From Octopus vulgaris (lineage: Eukaryota), in NCBI GenBank assembly GCA_951406725.2, contig OX597823.1, positions 80,414,001 through 80,478,000 on the forward strand: a stretch of DNA of 64,000 nucleotides, given 5' to 3'. The notes below the pieces were generated by a model. That model saw only the letters and a program-made list of their open reading frames with translations. It did not search any database and had not been told where the DNA came from. Positions 27,575 through 40,123 of the stretch are shown one piece after another (position 1 is the first letter of the stretch; every line of letters starts with the position of its first letter). The position numbers were made by a program, and so were the translations under genes.

Positions 27575-27808
27575 TGGCCAAAAGTCACCTTAGAGTAAAT
27601 CAAAATTCCATAAATACTTAATATTCAATTTTTATTTATTCATTCCAATTATGAATATTTAATTATTGAATATTGTGAGTTAAAATCACCATTTGTTTTT
27701 CAACATTTGTCTATTTATTAGCAAAGTTTCATATAAAATAATTTTTTGTTTTAATCTTGGAATTAAATGGACTTTGATTTACACTCAGGTGACTTTTGGC
27801 CAACTCTG
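27569..27808. mobile_element. Tc1/mariner-type MITE
   Basis: TIR AGGGTTGGCCAAAAGTCACC / GGTGACTTTTGGCCAACTCTG, in TA context. Confidence 0.75.
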
Positions 27809-27815
27809 TATGTGT

Positions 27816-27896
<81 letters not shown>

Positions 27897-29482
27897 TAAA
27901 AGTTATAGCTGGACATAGATTGACCATTGGTTTCACACCCATAAAACACTTAGTAGTAGAGGCAACTCATAAGACTTGGCCATTTTGAGTTGCGTATGCT
28001 GCTAAGTGCTTTATAGGTGCAAAACTAATGGTCACTCTACGACTGACCATAACTTTTAACTTCTTAAAAATATATTACTGCACTAATGCTTTAGGATGTG
28101 CTTCTTTTTGGATATATGAACAACTGACAATATATATATTTATATATATAGTTCATAAAAAATCATATATCAGAAAGACGTACATGTAGTGTAGACTCTA
28201 TATATATGTGCATTTGAATGTAGCAGGAACCAACTAGCCTTCAGCCACTGTTTGTATCCCGTTGTGCCACTACTCTGACTGGTTGGTATTGGCACAATTT
28301 GTCTCTTACTCTGTTGTGCCAACTAACTGCGGATAGCCAATCAGAGACTTTAGATAGCATCATGTGAAGAACCTTTTCTGAACCCTATCTCAAGCCTATT
28401 ACTTTCTATAAAAACCCAACTTATTCCTCAATACACGTCTTTCAGTTCCAGACCATTTTAGGTCTAGCCACTGACCACACAAGACACAACCAGTTCCAGT
28501 GACAACACCACAGCAGCCATGTTGAGACTTACCAGCTACGTCCAGCAACATTATGGCAGTCTCCTTCTTCATCGCCACTATCATGTTTTCAACATCGTCA
28601 ACATCATTTCTCTACATACACAGCTCAGCAAGCAACACACCCGGGTTTCAACACTTCACCATTTGTGACTTACCTCACCATGGATCAACAACAAATATAC
28701 AACCTGCATGAACTCCTGTATCAAGTGACCCAGGCAGCAGTATCACAGCCACGACTTCTCATATGACATGTACCTGCAACCAGCTCAGCATCATGACCGC
28801 GACTTCTTGATACAGTATTTCAACTACCACGTACAACTGACTACAAACTGGTATTCTCATTCTTGTGTCTATGAACTTCTCACTTCAATGGCTATAGACT
28901 CTTTCAGTCCTCTTCCTCCAACTCTTCTACTGAAGTATAATCTATCAACATCTGCCCATGAGTGTAAATTTTCTTGATATTTTTTTTCTCTAACTTTAAG
29001 ATCTCTTCCTCTGTCTTTTCCATGAAGTACAATCTGTCATTGCTATAGTTACTTAACACACATGCATACATCTATGCTTACACATACACTTTATTCTCAT
29101 GACGGCCTGTCTATTATTCTGTATACATGATGCACACACAGACACACATTATTACATCAATAAATCTTTTCTTAATCATCCTATGTGATCTCCTTTTTCT
29201 CTCTAGCAAATAATTGTACCATTCAAATTAAATATTTGAATAGTACAAATATTTAATTGTACCATTAAATATTTGGTAGAATTAAATATTTAATTGCAAC
29301 AAATAAATATTTGGTACAATATTTCTTGTACCAAATATATACAATAAATACTGTATTTATACAATATTTATTGTATAAATATATATATTTATACAAACTG
29401 ACCGTGTGATGTACAAAAGAGCTATTCTCATCACCTCATTTCACATGGTCTTCACACACACTCTAAAGAATAGGCCAGTAAT

Positions 29483-29687
29483 TATTACAACAAAAATTTT
29501 GTATCTTGGACATAAAGTTACCCAAGGTTTTGCATCCAAAGCAAACCTTTGTGGACAACTCATCAGACTCAATATAAATACACTGTATATTTATTTAGAG
29601 TCTGATGAGCTGTCCACAAAGCAAAGCTTTGTGGATGCAAAACCCTGGATAACTCTATGTCCAAGATATAAAATTTTTGTTGTAATA
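29483..29687. mobile_element. Fold-back element (Penelope-like pseudo-LTR remnant)
   Basis: About 100-bp inverted arms, each with a CUGAUGA hammerhead core. Confidence 0.75.
29597..29656 (+). ncRNA. Decayed type I hammerhead motif (C3:G8)
   Basis: AGAGU-CUGAUGA-GC..UCCACAAAGC/GCUUUGUGGA..GC-AAAA-CCCUGGAUA^-ACUCU; G12>A consistent with CpG decay. Inverted copy at 29514-29570 keeps CCUUGGGUA. Confidence 0.7.
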
Positions 29688-29946
29688 TATATATACAAAG
29701 ACAGATGTCACAGAAGTAAATAGACAGGCCCTCATCATACCATTTTTATTGATATGGACATTACATGGTGCTTCAAACTTGTTAATATGTTATTATTTTC
29801 CATTTCCAATTTATGTATAGAATGGTTCGGCAAAAGAGACCAACAGAATAACTAACAAGCTTAAAATGAACACAGGGATCAAATTATTCAACTAAACCCT
29901 TCAATGAGGTACCCCAGCATGACTACAGTTCAAAGACTGAAACAAA

Positions 29947-30323
29947 TCTCTATATATATAAACGGCAAAATGTCTGTCTGTGTGTGTGTCCATTATACAA
30001 ATCCACAATATTTCAGTCAGAGGGCTCGCACTTTCTATGGTCATTCAAAACCGTCCATGGGTGGTCGTGCACATCTTTACATTTCTCCAGTCACCCCATT
30101 AAAAAAGCCATTAAAAAATCAATAGAAGTGACTCTTTTTGTGTATTTTCTATCCAAAACCCAATCAAAATGCCCGAAACTTGATACGCCAAATGAATGCC
30201 AGCTAGCTGTATGTGATTGGTTGGAGATTTGGACAGTACTCGCATGTATGTGCACACGCATGCACGCAGCTGTATATGCATGCACTAGCACTATGACCCG
30301 GCGTTGCCAGGTCATAGTACTAG
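29947..30323 (+). mobile_element. Non-autonomous Helitron (second family)
   Basis: 5' TCTCTATATATATAAA; 3' hairpin CTATGACCCGGC..GCCAGGTCATAG then CTAG; splits a SINE tail at A^T. Confidence 0.85.
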
Positions 30324-30419
30324 TAAGAGATAAAAGATGTATCATTTGGTATTAAGCTTTAGGGGTTAAGTAAAACACTTTCCTGAACTTGAAATAAAGA
30401 GAATGTAAAACATATTTAC

Positions 30420-30540
30420 CAGCTTTCACATCCACTTTTCTCCAAGGTACCAATTGGGTAAGCTCGTTGATCATTTCCTCTGTAGCAAGGACAATCTCCT
30501 CTATGGACACAAGATGATGTTGACGTATCCCAAAGAGTGC
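30420..30540 (-). CDS. Exon: end of TIL1 / start of E1
   Basis: GTLWDTSTSSCVHRGDCPCYRGNDQRAYPIGTLEKSGCES(C); phase 1-2. Confidence 0.95.
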
Positions 30541-31715
30541 CTTTAATAAAATAAGACAAATATTCACATAATATATGCAGGTATATATGCATTCTTTTAC
30601 TTGTTTCAGTCATTAGACTGTGGCAATGTTGCAGCACTGCTTTGAAGAATTTTAGTCAAACGCATCAACTACAGGACCTTTTTTTTTAAGCTAAGGAGAG
30701 ATAAACAAACCAACACCAGTTGTCAAGCAGTGGTGAGGAGCAAACACAGAGACACATACACACACACATGTATATGTACATAACTGAACAACTTGGAGTC
30801 AAAAAAGAGGAGTACAGTTGGACACTTAAAATGCTAAAACAAGTCAGTTCATCTCAAATTCTTTGTAAACTCCTAAATATATCTCCTTCTGTGTATATAT
30901 ATATACTACCAAATATGACTTTTTTTGAACTCCTAATACTTTTCTGTGTATGTATATAGATACTTCCAAACAAACATGACTTTTAATGAACTCCTAATAT
31001 TTTTATTGAACTTGTTGTTTAATATTTTCTCAAGATATTTCCTTGTAAACTGTTTTTAACATTTTCTTATTATCAAAGAATGTATATATGTATTTTAATA
31101 TTTTGTGACAACTAGTACTTAACACAACAAAGCTTATACAAATCTTTACATTTTACTTTTTCTAAAAAAGTGAAACCGGTCAAGTGAATAAACATCTTTA
31201 AAATTGCATTTTCAAACCTTCTTTCATATATATATATATCAGGTGATATGGTATGCTTGAGAAGACCTGTTGAGTCAAGTAAAACCAAAATCGCAGCTGT
31301 GGGCAGTGCCGCCTGACTGGTTCCCATTCCGGTGGCACATAAAATGCATCATCCAAACATGGTTGATGCCAGTGGCATGCAAAAAGCACCATCTGAACAT
31401 GATTGATGCCAGGCCCACTTGACTGGCTCCTGTGCCAGTGGCACATAAAAAGCACCAACTACACTCTCTTCAAAGTGTGGCCCCAGCATGGCCACAGTCC
31501 AATGGATGAAACAAGAAGTAAAAGGTTATTTTTTCTTCATAAAACCTGAGTTTCTCTAGTTACCATCAATTATACTTTATATAATGACTTTAGCTAAAGT
31601 GCCATAGTCTTAGTAAAGTACTGCAACATTCTGCAGCAATAAAATTCTGTTGGGATTTTTTTTTTTTTTAAACCACTGTCCTTTGTTAATCACAAAACCT
31701 ATTTGTTAAAATCAC

Positions 31716-31844
31716 CTTCTTTGCAGAAACAGCCATCAACACAAAATTCTTCACATTCTGCTTCAAAGCCTTCACTACCACAAGACTGACGACAGTTCTT
31801 ACTGCATTCTTTGAAAACCATGTTCTTTGGACAGGCATGAGGAG
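31716..31844 (-). CDS. Exon: TIL1 domain
   Basis: PPHACPKNMVFKECSKNCRQSCGSEGFEAECEEFCVDGCFCKE; phase 1-1. Confidence 0.95.
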
Positions 31845-32788
31845 CTGAAATAAGAAATACAAAATACTGTAGATTTAAAAAATTTTAATTAAATTAATGC
31901 TTTAATCAATAGATTTCTTTATGTAAATATTTAACGACTATCTCTTTCCTGGTTAAGATTTGAAAACCCAAACAATTTATTCCTTCATTAGCACAAAGAT
32001 ACAATCGGTGCTTATAGCAAGGAAACAATCTTATACTTCACCCTTTCTGGCATTGTACAATCTGCAATGAAAACCCAAAAAGTTCCTACAATTATGAGGC
32101 CTCGATCTTTTACAATCAGTCCTGATAACCCCCACTTACATAAAAAAACATTGCAAACAGTGCATTCCAAAGATTAGTCTTTCTCATAAAGTCAGAATTA
32201 ATTTCAGCTCTATTCTGTTTTTGACCCCTACAAGGTTCAGATAAAATTCCCACTGAATTATTGCACCCACATTTGCAATGATACCAGCTCCCCACTCAAA
32301 ACACCCAAACTGCTGACCCACAGACATGTTCTTGTCTCCCCTTCAACAACAACTTCTCTCCTTCAGATCTATGAAGCTGCACACCACCTCAACTCATATC
32401 TATCCAATACATCCATCTTTCTTCCTTTCATTATCTCTTACTCTGCTTTAGTTTATATCCTGCCTCTGCTTCATTTCCTGGTCCCACTCCTGGTTTCACT
32501 CCTGGTTCACTCCCAGTCCCACTCCTGGTCTCTGCTTCAGTTCCAAATTGAAGCCAGTTCATTAATACTACTAATAATTTAGGGAAAGATACAAACACCA
32601 CAACTTCCCACCACTCTCTAATATGGTTTATTAAATGAACCAAGAAGGAAGGCTTTATGTGGTTGATCAACCAATTAGAAATAGCAAACAAATACCCCTC
32701 AAATCACCTGTTTTAAAACAAAGGATGCTGCTGTCCATATTTTCAGGCAATGTACTATATTGGGATCAAGGTGGTATTGTCACAGCTG

Positions 32789-33023
32789 AGAAGGCAGCAA
32801 GCTGGCAAAAACGTTAGCACGCTGGGCGAAATGCGTAGCCATATTTTGTCTGTCGTTACGTTCTGAGTTCAAATTCCGCCGAGGTCGACTTTGCCTTTCA
32901 TCCTTTCGGGGTCAATAAATTAAGTACCAGTTACGCACTGGGGTCGATGTAATCAACTTAATCCATTTGTCTGTCGTTGTTTGTCCCCTTTGTGTTTAGC
33001 CCTTTGTGGTTAGTAAAGAAATA
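32789..33023 (+). mobile_element. SINE family B, full length with 15-bp TSD
   Basis: GGCAGCAAGCTGGC...GAGTTCAAATTCC...GTAAAGAAATA; TSD GTAT(T/G)GTCACAGCTG. More than 15 related copies or fragments in the window. Confidence 0.85.
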
Positions 33024-33123
33024 GTATGGTCACAGCTGTGATTCCAATGGTTGTAAGTCTATACTCAATCAGAGCTACCTAGGGCTGTAAACTAAACAAG
33101 GTATTTCAATAAAAATTACTCAC

Positions 33124-33364
33124 GGCAAAATGTATTTGATCTCCATTTCATGATTTTACCATGATGACTACAAGCTCTAGCATACTGCGTGGCTACCTCA
33201 CATCGCTTATGGCTGCATTCTTGAAGACTATTCTTCAGCAAACAAGTGCACATTTCACGACTGCACATTGCAATATATTCATCAGGTGGAACGGTACTAT
33301 GACATTTTTTGAAAACCACGTAGTCAAGACTAAAAACCGAACAAAAGGCTTCAACGTTGTCTGC
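33124..33364 (-). CDS. Exon: C8-1 domain
   Basis: ADNVEAFCSVFSLDYVVFKKCHSTVPPDEYIAMCSREMCTC...CEVATQYARACSHHGKIMKWRSNTFC. Confidence 0.96.
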
Positions 33365-34488
33365 CTGTTATGAAAAATATTAGGAAACAAAAATTACAGA
33401 ATTTAAATATAATCATCATCAAAAAATGCATTCATCATCATCATCGTTTAACATCTGCTTTCCATGCTAGCATGGGTTGGACGATTTGACTGAGGTCTGG
33501 TGAACCAGATGGCTGCACCAGGCTCCATTATTATTCAAAAAGGTGAAAATATTTACTCTTCACCTTTTACTTGTTTCGGTCGTTAGACTGCAGTCATGCT
33601 GGAGCACTGCTTTGAAAAATTTTTAGTTAAATGAATTTTTTTATGGCTTAATCAGAGGATGATAAGGTTTCTGAGATTTTTGGGGAAGAAGGAAGCAAGA
33701 TCTCCTTATAGTGAAGACTTCGTGAAAGGTTTGCATCATGATGAGCTCTGCTAAAGGCACACCTGCCCATAACTCAACTGAACGCAGAGTTAAACATTTG
33801 GGCAATCTAAGGTGGCAAGCTAGCAGAGTCATTAACATGTTGGGCAAAATGCTCAGCAGCATGCCATCTGTCCTTACATTCTGAGTTCAAATTCTGCCAA
33901 GGTCAACTTTGCCTTTCATCCTTTTAGGGTCGATAAAATGAGTACAATCAATGTATATAACTTTATAATCATCATCATTATCATCATCGTTTAATGTCCG
34001 TTTTCCATGCTAGCATGGGTTGGATGGTTCAACTGGGGTTTGGGAAGCCAGAAGGCTGAGCCAGGCCAAGTCTGATCTGGCAGTGTTTCTACAGCTGGAT
34101 GCCCTTCCTAACGCCAACCACTCCGTGAGTGTAGTGGGTGCTTTTTACGTGCCACCTGCACGTAAAATAAACTTATTTATTTAATTAACTTATTTATGTC
34201 CTCCCCTGACATTGCTGGTCTTGTGCTAAAATTTGAAATGAATATTTGGGGAATCTGCTCATGAAAAGGCTGGCATTTGTTATTGATAGTGTGGTTTGGA
34301 GTATGCAGACCTGGTCTCTGCTTTTATTAGTGAGGTATGTGAAATAGCTTGGCCAAGATCAAAGCTTGGTCTGAGCTTCAGATGTTCAATTTGCTGGGAA
34401 CATATCAACAATGTTACATCACCAGTAATTTTTACACATACAAACTATTAAATGTGAAAACCTAAAAATGATTGCTGATAAAACTTAC

Positions 34489-34748
34489 TGCTTTTGAAAA
34501 CTTATTCCGCAGTCTGACACAAGGATGGACTGAATCTTCTTTCACAGCTGGAATTGTTCGTTGTTCCATTGGGTCAAGCCAGACATTGCTGAAATCTGCT
34601 TTAGTGGCAACTGGCTTCCTTACATAGTTTACAAATTCGTTGGTTTTATTTCCATCAAATTGGCCACATAAACCACACAGTTTACCCAACATTTGTGGCG
34701 GAGCAAAGGCATAAACACTGCTTAGTCCATCATATAATATTATAAGAT
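34489..34748 (-). CDS. Exon: VWD1 C-terminal part (CGLCG)
   Basis: DLIILYDGLSSVYAFAPPQMLGKLCGLCGQFDGNKTNEF...HPCVRLRNKFSKA; ccccag / gtaagt. Confidence 0.96.
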
Positions 34749-34926
34749 CTGGGGAAAATAAACAATTAATCAGTTAGTTATTTAATTAAAAACAGAAATT
34801 ACTGAAATAAATCAAATATATATATATAACATTATAGGGAGAGTTTACGAAAAAAAACAAAAGACGAAGACAGGTAGTGTACAAAACAAACAGATGTATT
34901 AGTATAACGCTCAGGAATAGAAAAAG

Positions 34927-34964
34927 TCCTTTACGTTTCGAGCCTACGCTCTTCTACAGAAAGG
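34927..34964 (-). ncRNA. Minimal hammerhead-like motif with A6U core (second copy)
   Basis: CCUUU-CUGUAGA-A-GAGC(GUAG)GCUC-GAAA-CG-UA^-AAGGA. Confidence 0.55.
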
Positions 34965-35334
34965 GACACAGAAAACAAGGAGAGAAAGAAGGAGAGAAAA
35001 AAATGTGTGTAGTGGCTAACGATCTATCATGGCATCTGTATATAACATCATACATCAGTAAACAATGAACTAATGTAGAAGACACAACATAGTCCCTTCA
35101 ACTGGTAGAAATAGCAGCTAAACCTCATTTAGAAGTTACATGGCAAAATAGTTTAAGATGTGTACTGTCAATTTACAGATAATGAGAAATGCAAACCAAT
35201 TATAGATGTTAAGTTATAGTCTTAGATATAATACTTCATTCTACATTTACATTGTATCACCTTATTACCAGGTTTCGTTACTGAACTTTCTTGGAGAAAA
35301 TCACCTGATCATTTATATATATAAGAATATTAAT

Positions 35335-35570
35335 GGATATTCCAAAAAGAACAGTAACATAGTGTAAACATTATAAACCAGATATAGTTGTATGGGACAA
35401 GTATCAAAAGTTGTGTGCCATTGTAGAAAATCAGTCGCCCAGAAAATGTGAACTTCTTAAAAAACTGAGGGAAGGAGAACATTTATAGAGAACTGATGAG
35501 AAGTCTAAAGCTCATATATCCAGGCTATAGATCTTAATTTGTTCCAGTTGTCCTAGATGCAGTGAACTAA
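35335..35570 (+). mobile_element. R2/R4-group restriction-like endonuclease remnant
   Basis: CKHYKPDIVVWDKYQKLCAIVE/IS.P.NVN...ENIYRELMRSLKLIYP...VPVV with frameshifts; PD..E signature. Confidence 0.7.
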
Positions 35571-36384
35571 TGTTATATTGCAATCATGAAGACCCAGAAA
35601 CTGAAGTAGAGGGACCCAAAATAGATTAAATTAGAAAATAATATCTATTTCCTAAATAACAGTGTAAACAAATAACTATGTAAATTATAATACAGGAATA
35701 TAGATGGAATAAAAAAGTTACTAAACAGGATGGTGATGTAAGTATAAGCTTGAATGGGAGTTATAATACAAATAATGTAATATAATAATATTAATTTCAA
35801 ATTTTGGCACAAGGCCAGCAATTTCACAAGAGTAGATAAGTCAATTACAACCCCAGGGTTCAACTAGTTCTGATTTTATCAACTCCAAAATGATAAAAAA
35901 CAAAGTCAGCCTCAGTAGAATTGGAACACAGAATGTAACGAGTCAGAAGAAATGCTACGAAGCTTTTTGTCCAGCATGCTAACAATTTTGCCAGCTCACT
36001 GCCTTAAGTAAAGTTGACCATGGCAAAATTTGAACTCAGAACGTAAAGCCAAAATATGTGCCACAAAGCATAATAATGATTTTTACCAGCTTGCTGCCTT
36101 CATGTAATATAATACTATTGCAATAATGATATTCTGCCATGTGATATGATAATATTGCAATAATAATATTTTGCCAACTTGTTGCCTTCATGTAATATAG
36201 TAATATTGCAATACAAACGATGTAATAACTTTCTACACAAAATTAAGCCTGAAATGGGATTATAATGTTTGTGATATTTCGAGGGGGCAATACAATGTAG
36301 ATTGCTAAGATAACTACGATGTGATATGATAGTGTTGAAGTGATAAAATGGTGTTGAATGAGAGGATAAGCTTAATGAGAAGTT

Positions 36385-36500
36385 AATGTTGAATGAGAAA
36401 ATAGTGTTGAATGAGAAGATATTGTTGAATAAGAAGATAGTGTTGAATAAGAAGATAGTGTTGTATGAGAAGATAGTGTTGAATAAGAAGATAATGTTGA
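36385..36500. repeat. 18-bp minisatellite
   Basis: TGTTGAATAAGAAGATAG about 6 times. Confidence 0.85.
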
Positions 36501-36572
36501 ACGAATGTGTTAATATTTCGTTTTTGGATTTGGTTTGCAAGATTTTTTATATGAGTTCGTGTGTTGAAGCAT

Positions 36573-36809
36573 ATTCTGTTGTGTTTGGGGAGAGTCATTT
36601 TCTTTTTGTGCCTTATAATGTAACACACTCACCGGTAAAATTTCCTTCTTATTTTTATTTTCCTAAATAGTCAAGACTATTGAAAAGGTTGCAAGATGCA
36701 ACGAAAATTTTAGGAAAATAAAAATAAGAAAAATGTGGAAATTTTACCGGTGAGTGTGTTACATTATAAGGCTCAAAAAGAAAATGACTCTCCCCAGACA
36801 CAACAGAAT
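36573..36809. mobile_element. Fold-back element (Penelope-like pseudo-LTR remnant)
   Basis: About 95-bp near-perfect inverted arms (attctgttgtgt...acacaacagaat) around the hammerhead-like motif. Confidence 0.7.
36677..36713 (+). ncRNA. Minimal hammerhead-like motif with U3:A8 core
   Basis: CUA-UUGAAAA-G-GUUGC(AAGAU)GCAAC-GAAA-AU-UU^-UAG; palindromic AAUU stem III; stem I only 3 bp. Confidence 0.6.
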
Positions 36810-37025
36810 GTGTTAATGTTATCATACTAAAAGACAATAAAATACATATGATACTGTCAGTGATATCATGATATAGAGATTTAAAATGAAAAATATGATA
36901 AAACAAAAGTAAAAGATATACTGAATAAGATAACTGGGGAAAGATATATACAAGTCAGGGTTATATATTGGGCACAATTCTATCTAATATTTTCCTGCCA
37001 AATGAAAGATTCATATGATACTAAC

Positions 37026-37167
37026 CATCGATTCCTTTCACAACTGTATAGTTGGCAATTTCACTAAGTTCCAAATCTCCGACTTGATGTGGAAGTGAGA
37101 TGATTGAGCCATTGCTGTAAACTTTACCGTCCGGTCGCACACTGATCATTGTGTCAAAATTAGTAAT
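37026..37167 (-). CDS. Exon: VWD1 middle
   Basis: ITNFDTMISVRPDGKVYSNGSIISLPHQVGDLELSEIANYTVVKGID; phase 0-1. Confidence 0.93.
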
Positions 37168-37545
37168 CTATAACAAGCAAACAATTTAATTAACCAGGTG
37201 AGAGAATTTATGAACAAACATTTTCTTCATTATTATGTCTTGGGAGGGTCATTGTGTCAATAATAACACATGCACAATATCACTTCTTCATTGTTAGTGG
37301 ATTGGTTAAAAATCTAACCAACTAACTGATTGATCGTTTGTTTAATGTGCTGATGAAACAATCAATAGGTTGATTGTTAGTCAATGTTCTTCCATCACTG
37401 GTCATGACCTCAGTGACTTCTCTGATTTTCTTTATTACATAAAGTATAAGCATATACTGGCACCAGTCTACATATTGTGTATGCTGTTGTGGTTAGTTAA
37501 TTACAATGTCAGTAATGAAATTTTTTTATCATAACTATACGGCTA

Positions 37546-38036
37546 AGAGAGAGAGAGAGAGAGAGTAAGAGAGTGAGAGAGAGCAAAAGAGAGAGCAAGA
37601 GAGAGAAAGCAAGAGAACAAGAGAGAGAGAGAGCAAGAGAGCTAGTGAGAGCAAGGGAGAGAAAGAGAGAGCAAGAGAAAGAAAGAGAGAGTAAGAGAGA
37701 GAGCAAAAGAGAGAGAGCAAGAGAGAGAGAGCAAGAGAGAGAGAGCAAGAGAGAGAGCAAGAGAGAGAGAGCAAGAGAGAGAGCAAGAGAGAGAGCAAGA
37801 GAGAGAGAGCAAGAGAGAAAGCAAGAGAGAGAGAGCAAGAGAGAGAGAGAGCAAGAGAAAACGAGAGAGCAAGAGAGAGAGAGAGCAAATGAGCAAGAGA
37901 GAGCAAGAGAAAGAAAGTGCAAAAGATAGAAAGAGAGAGCAAAAGAGAGAGAGAGAGCAAGAGCGAGAGAAAGAAAGACAGAGAGAGGGAGAGCAAGAAA
38001 GAGAGAGAGAGCAAGAAAGACAGAGAGAGAGAGAGA
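37546..38036. repeat. Polypurine (GA)n/GAGCAA array
   Basis: About 490 bp of GAGAGAGCAA units starting 15 nt from a donor site. Confidence 0.95.
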
Positions 38037-38051
38037 CTATAAAGAACTCAC

Positions 38052-38263
38052 TTTCAGTTCAACATGGCAATGTCGACCTGGCTCACAGTTGTATGTATGA
38101 TTGATGTGTACACGAAAACTTGGCTCAGAATTTTGACATTCTTGGAAAAGCGTGTAAGTTCCTTTACCAGGGAAATAGTAGTATACATTATCGAAAGTGA
38201 CAATATGTCGATCACCCCAGGAGGTACACATAGAGTAACCTTCAGCATCAAATATTGATTCAA
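38052..38263 (-). CDS. Exon: VWD1 N-terminal part
   Basis: ESIFDAEGYSMCTSWGDRHIVTFDNVYYYFPGKGTYTLFQECQNSEPSFRVHINHTYNCEPGRHCHVELK; ttgcag / gtgagt. Confidence 0.96.
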
Positions 38264-39467
38264 CTGCAATAGGAAAATATTTTTAGCAATATCAAATTAA
38301 ATAAACTGTGGCTTTTTCATATTTTATAATTAATTATTGTAGGGAGTGAGGTTTCTATACTATTCTTGGACCCTACTGGACTGGGATAAAAAATATAACT
38401 GATTGTTATGATGCTCTGTTTGATGTATTGAAAGAGTTCTTCAGCATGTGTTTGTAGATTTCTGATGCATTGCATAACAGGAGCTTCTTGAACACTGTTT
38501 TGAAGTACATTATGTATATGGTGTGTGTGTGTGTGTAATCGCGTGTGGACATGAGGGTGTGTGTATATGGATATATGCTGTGCTTGAGAAGACTCGGAAA
38601 GCTCAAGTGTGACAATAACCTTGTGGCCTATGCCAGGAGTGTAACCAGCCCACTTATGCGTACTTTTCTTTCACTGGACACTAAACTCTGCTTGCGAAGA
38701 CCAGTTGAGGCAAGTGAAATCAAAATCAAATTCGATGACTGGCATCCGTGCTAGTGGAACGCTAAGATTACCATACAAGTGTGATCGTTGCCAGAGCAAC
38801 AAACTGGCCTCCGTACCGGTGGCACGTAAAAAGCACCATTTGATTGTGATCATTACCTGCGTCACCTTACTGGCACTTGTGCTGGTAGCACATGAAAAAG
38901 CATTCAAGTGAGGTCATTGCCAGTGCCGCTGGACTGGCTCCTGTGCAGGTGGCACATAAAAAGCACCATTTGAGCATCGCCATTGCCAGTACTGCCTGAC
39001 TGGCCCTCAGATACTTTCCACTTAAAATGAGATGCAAAGGAGCCATGTCAACATAGGCGGAGGATGTCACTGATTGTGTCAGACACAGCATAAACCAAAG
39101 TTCAAAAGGATCAGCTCTACAGTGAAAACTATAAAGAAGCAACAGGAGTACATAATAGCCAGGAAAGGTTGATGGACTCAAAACTTGAAGACCCAAATCT
39201 ATTCCAAGAAAGAATCTTGGATCACTGGGACTGACAGTAATGTCATAGTGCTTGGTTCAGGCCAAGCCTCTGTGAAGATAGGAAATGGATCAGGGTTATA
39301 TGAGCATCTTGGACAGTCTTGCTCAGAAATGGGCTGAAAGGAAACTATCCCTAATACATTGGGTAGAGGTGACAGATAAATATATGACCCCCCCCCACCA
39401 TTATTTATTACTGATTGTCATTTCTTGCCCAGTTCTTTTCATTTTATCAGATGAGTCCTTTCCATTT

Positions 39468-39509
<42 letters not shown>

Positions 39510-39596
39510 AGTAGTAGTAGTAGTAGTAGTAGTAGGAGGAGGAGGAGGAGAGGCGACGCAGCAGCAGCAGAAGGAGTTTAGAAATTTGAGACTTAC

Positions 39597-39644
39597 ATTC
39601 ACCAGGCTTGGCTTTTGATGTTTGGTTTTGCAACATTATGTTAT
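39597..39644 (-). CDS. Small linker exon (48 nt)
   Basis: ttctttcag|AT...T|gtaagt; NNIMLQNQTSKAKPGE; phase 1-1. Strong splice sites, but skipping would also keep the frame. Confidence 0.7.
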
Positions 39645-39839
39645 CTGAAAGAAATTTCAAAAAGATACATAATTAAAGTTATGAAATATATATGTATACG
39701 TTTATGTATTTGTTTTGCAAGATTCCTGATATGAAACCATGTGTTGAAACAAATATTGTTATATTTCAAGATGACCATTTTTTTTCCTTCTTGTCAAATA
39801 AGCACACGCACAATATTCTTCACTTCAGATTTACTACAT

Positions 39840-39873
<34 letters not shown>

Positions 39874-39990
39874 GGAGTGGTTGGTGTTTTTCTACCTGGC
39901 CAGCTCTTGTCAACCATTCTACCTATGCATGCCTGGAAGATGGACATTAAACAATGATGATGATGATGATGTGAGCCAAACAGAACAGAT

Positions 39991-40027
<37 letters not shown>

Positions 40028-40123
40028 CAGGAAGGTTTACGAAAATAAACAAAAGACGAAGGCAGGTGGAGTACAAACAAATAAATGTATTAGTATGGTG
40101 CTCAGGAATAGAAATAGAACAAG

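Noticed and set aside
26690-29040. Shared unit of about 100 bp at 26690-26830 and 28930-29040
   Set aside because: Probably an old TE remnant; no ORF, termini or RNA motif could be supported.
18972-30419. Missing exons or a nested gene in the 11.4-kb intron
   Set aside because: Flanking exons join into the expected CESCTC motif; only repeats were recognised inside.
32475-32545. GTGSEPGVKPGVGPG repeat ORF
   Set aside because: Short CCTGGT-type minisatellite without splice sites fitting the gene model.
37509-38104. Leu/Ser- and Arg/Glu-rich ORFs
   Set aside because: (GA)n/GAGCAA microsatellite.
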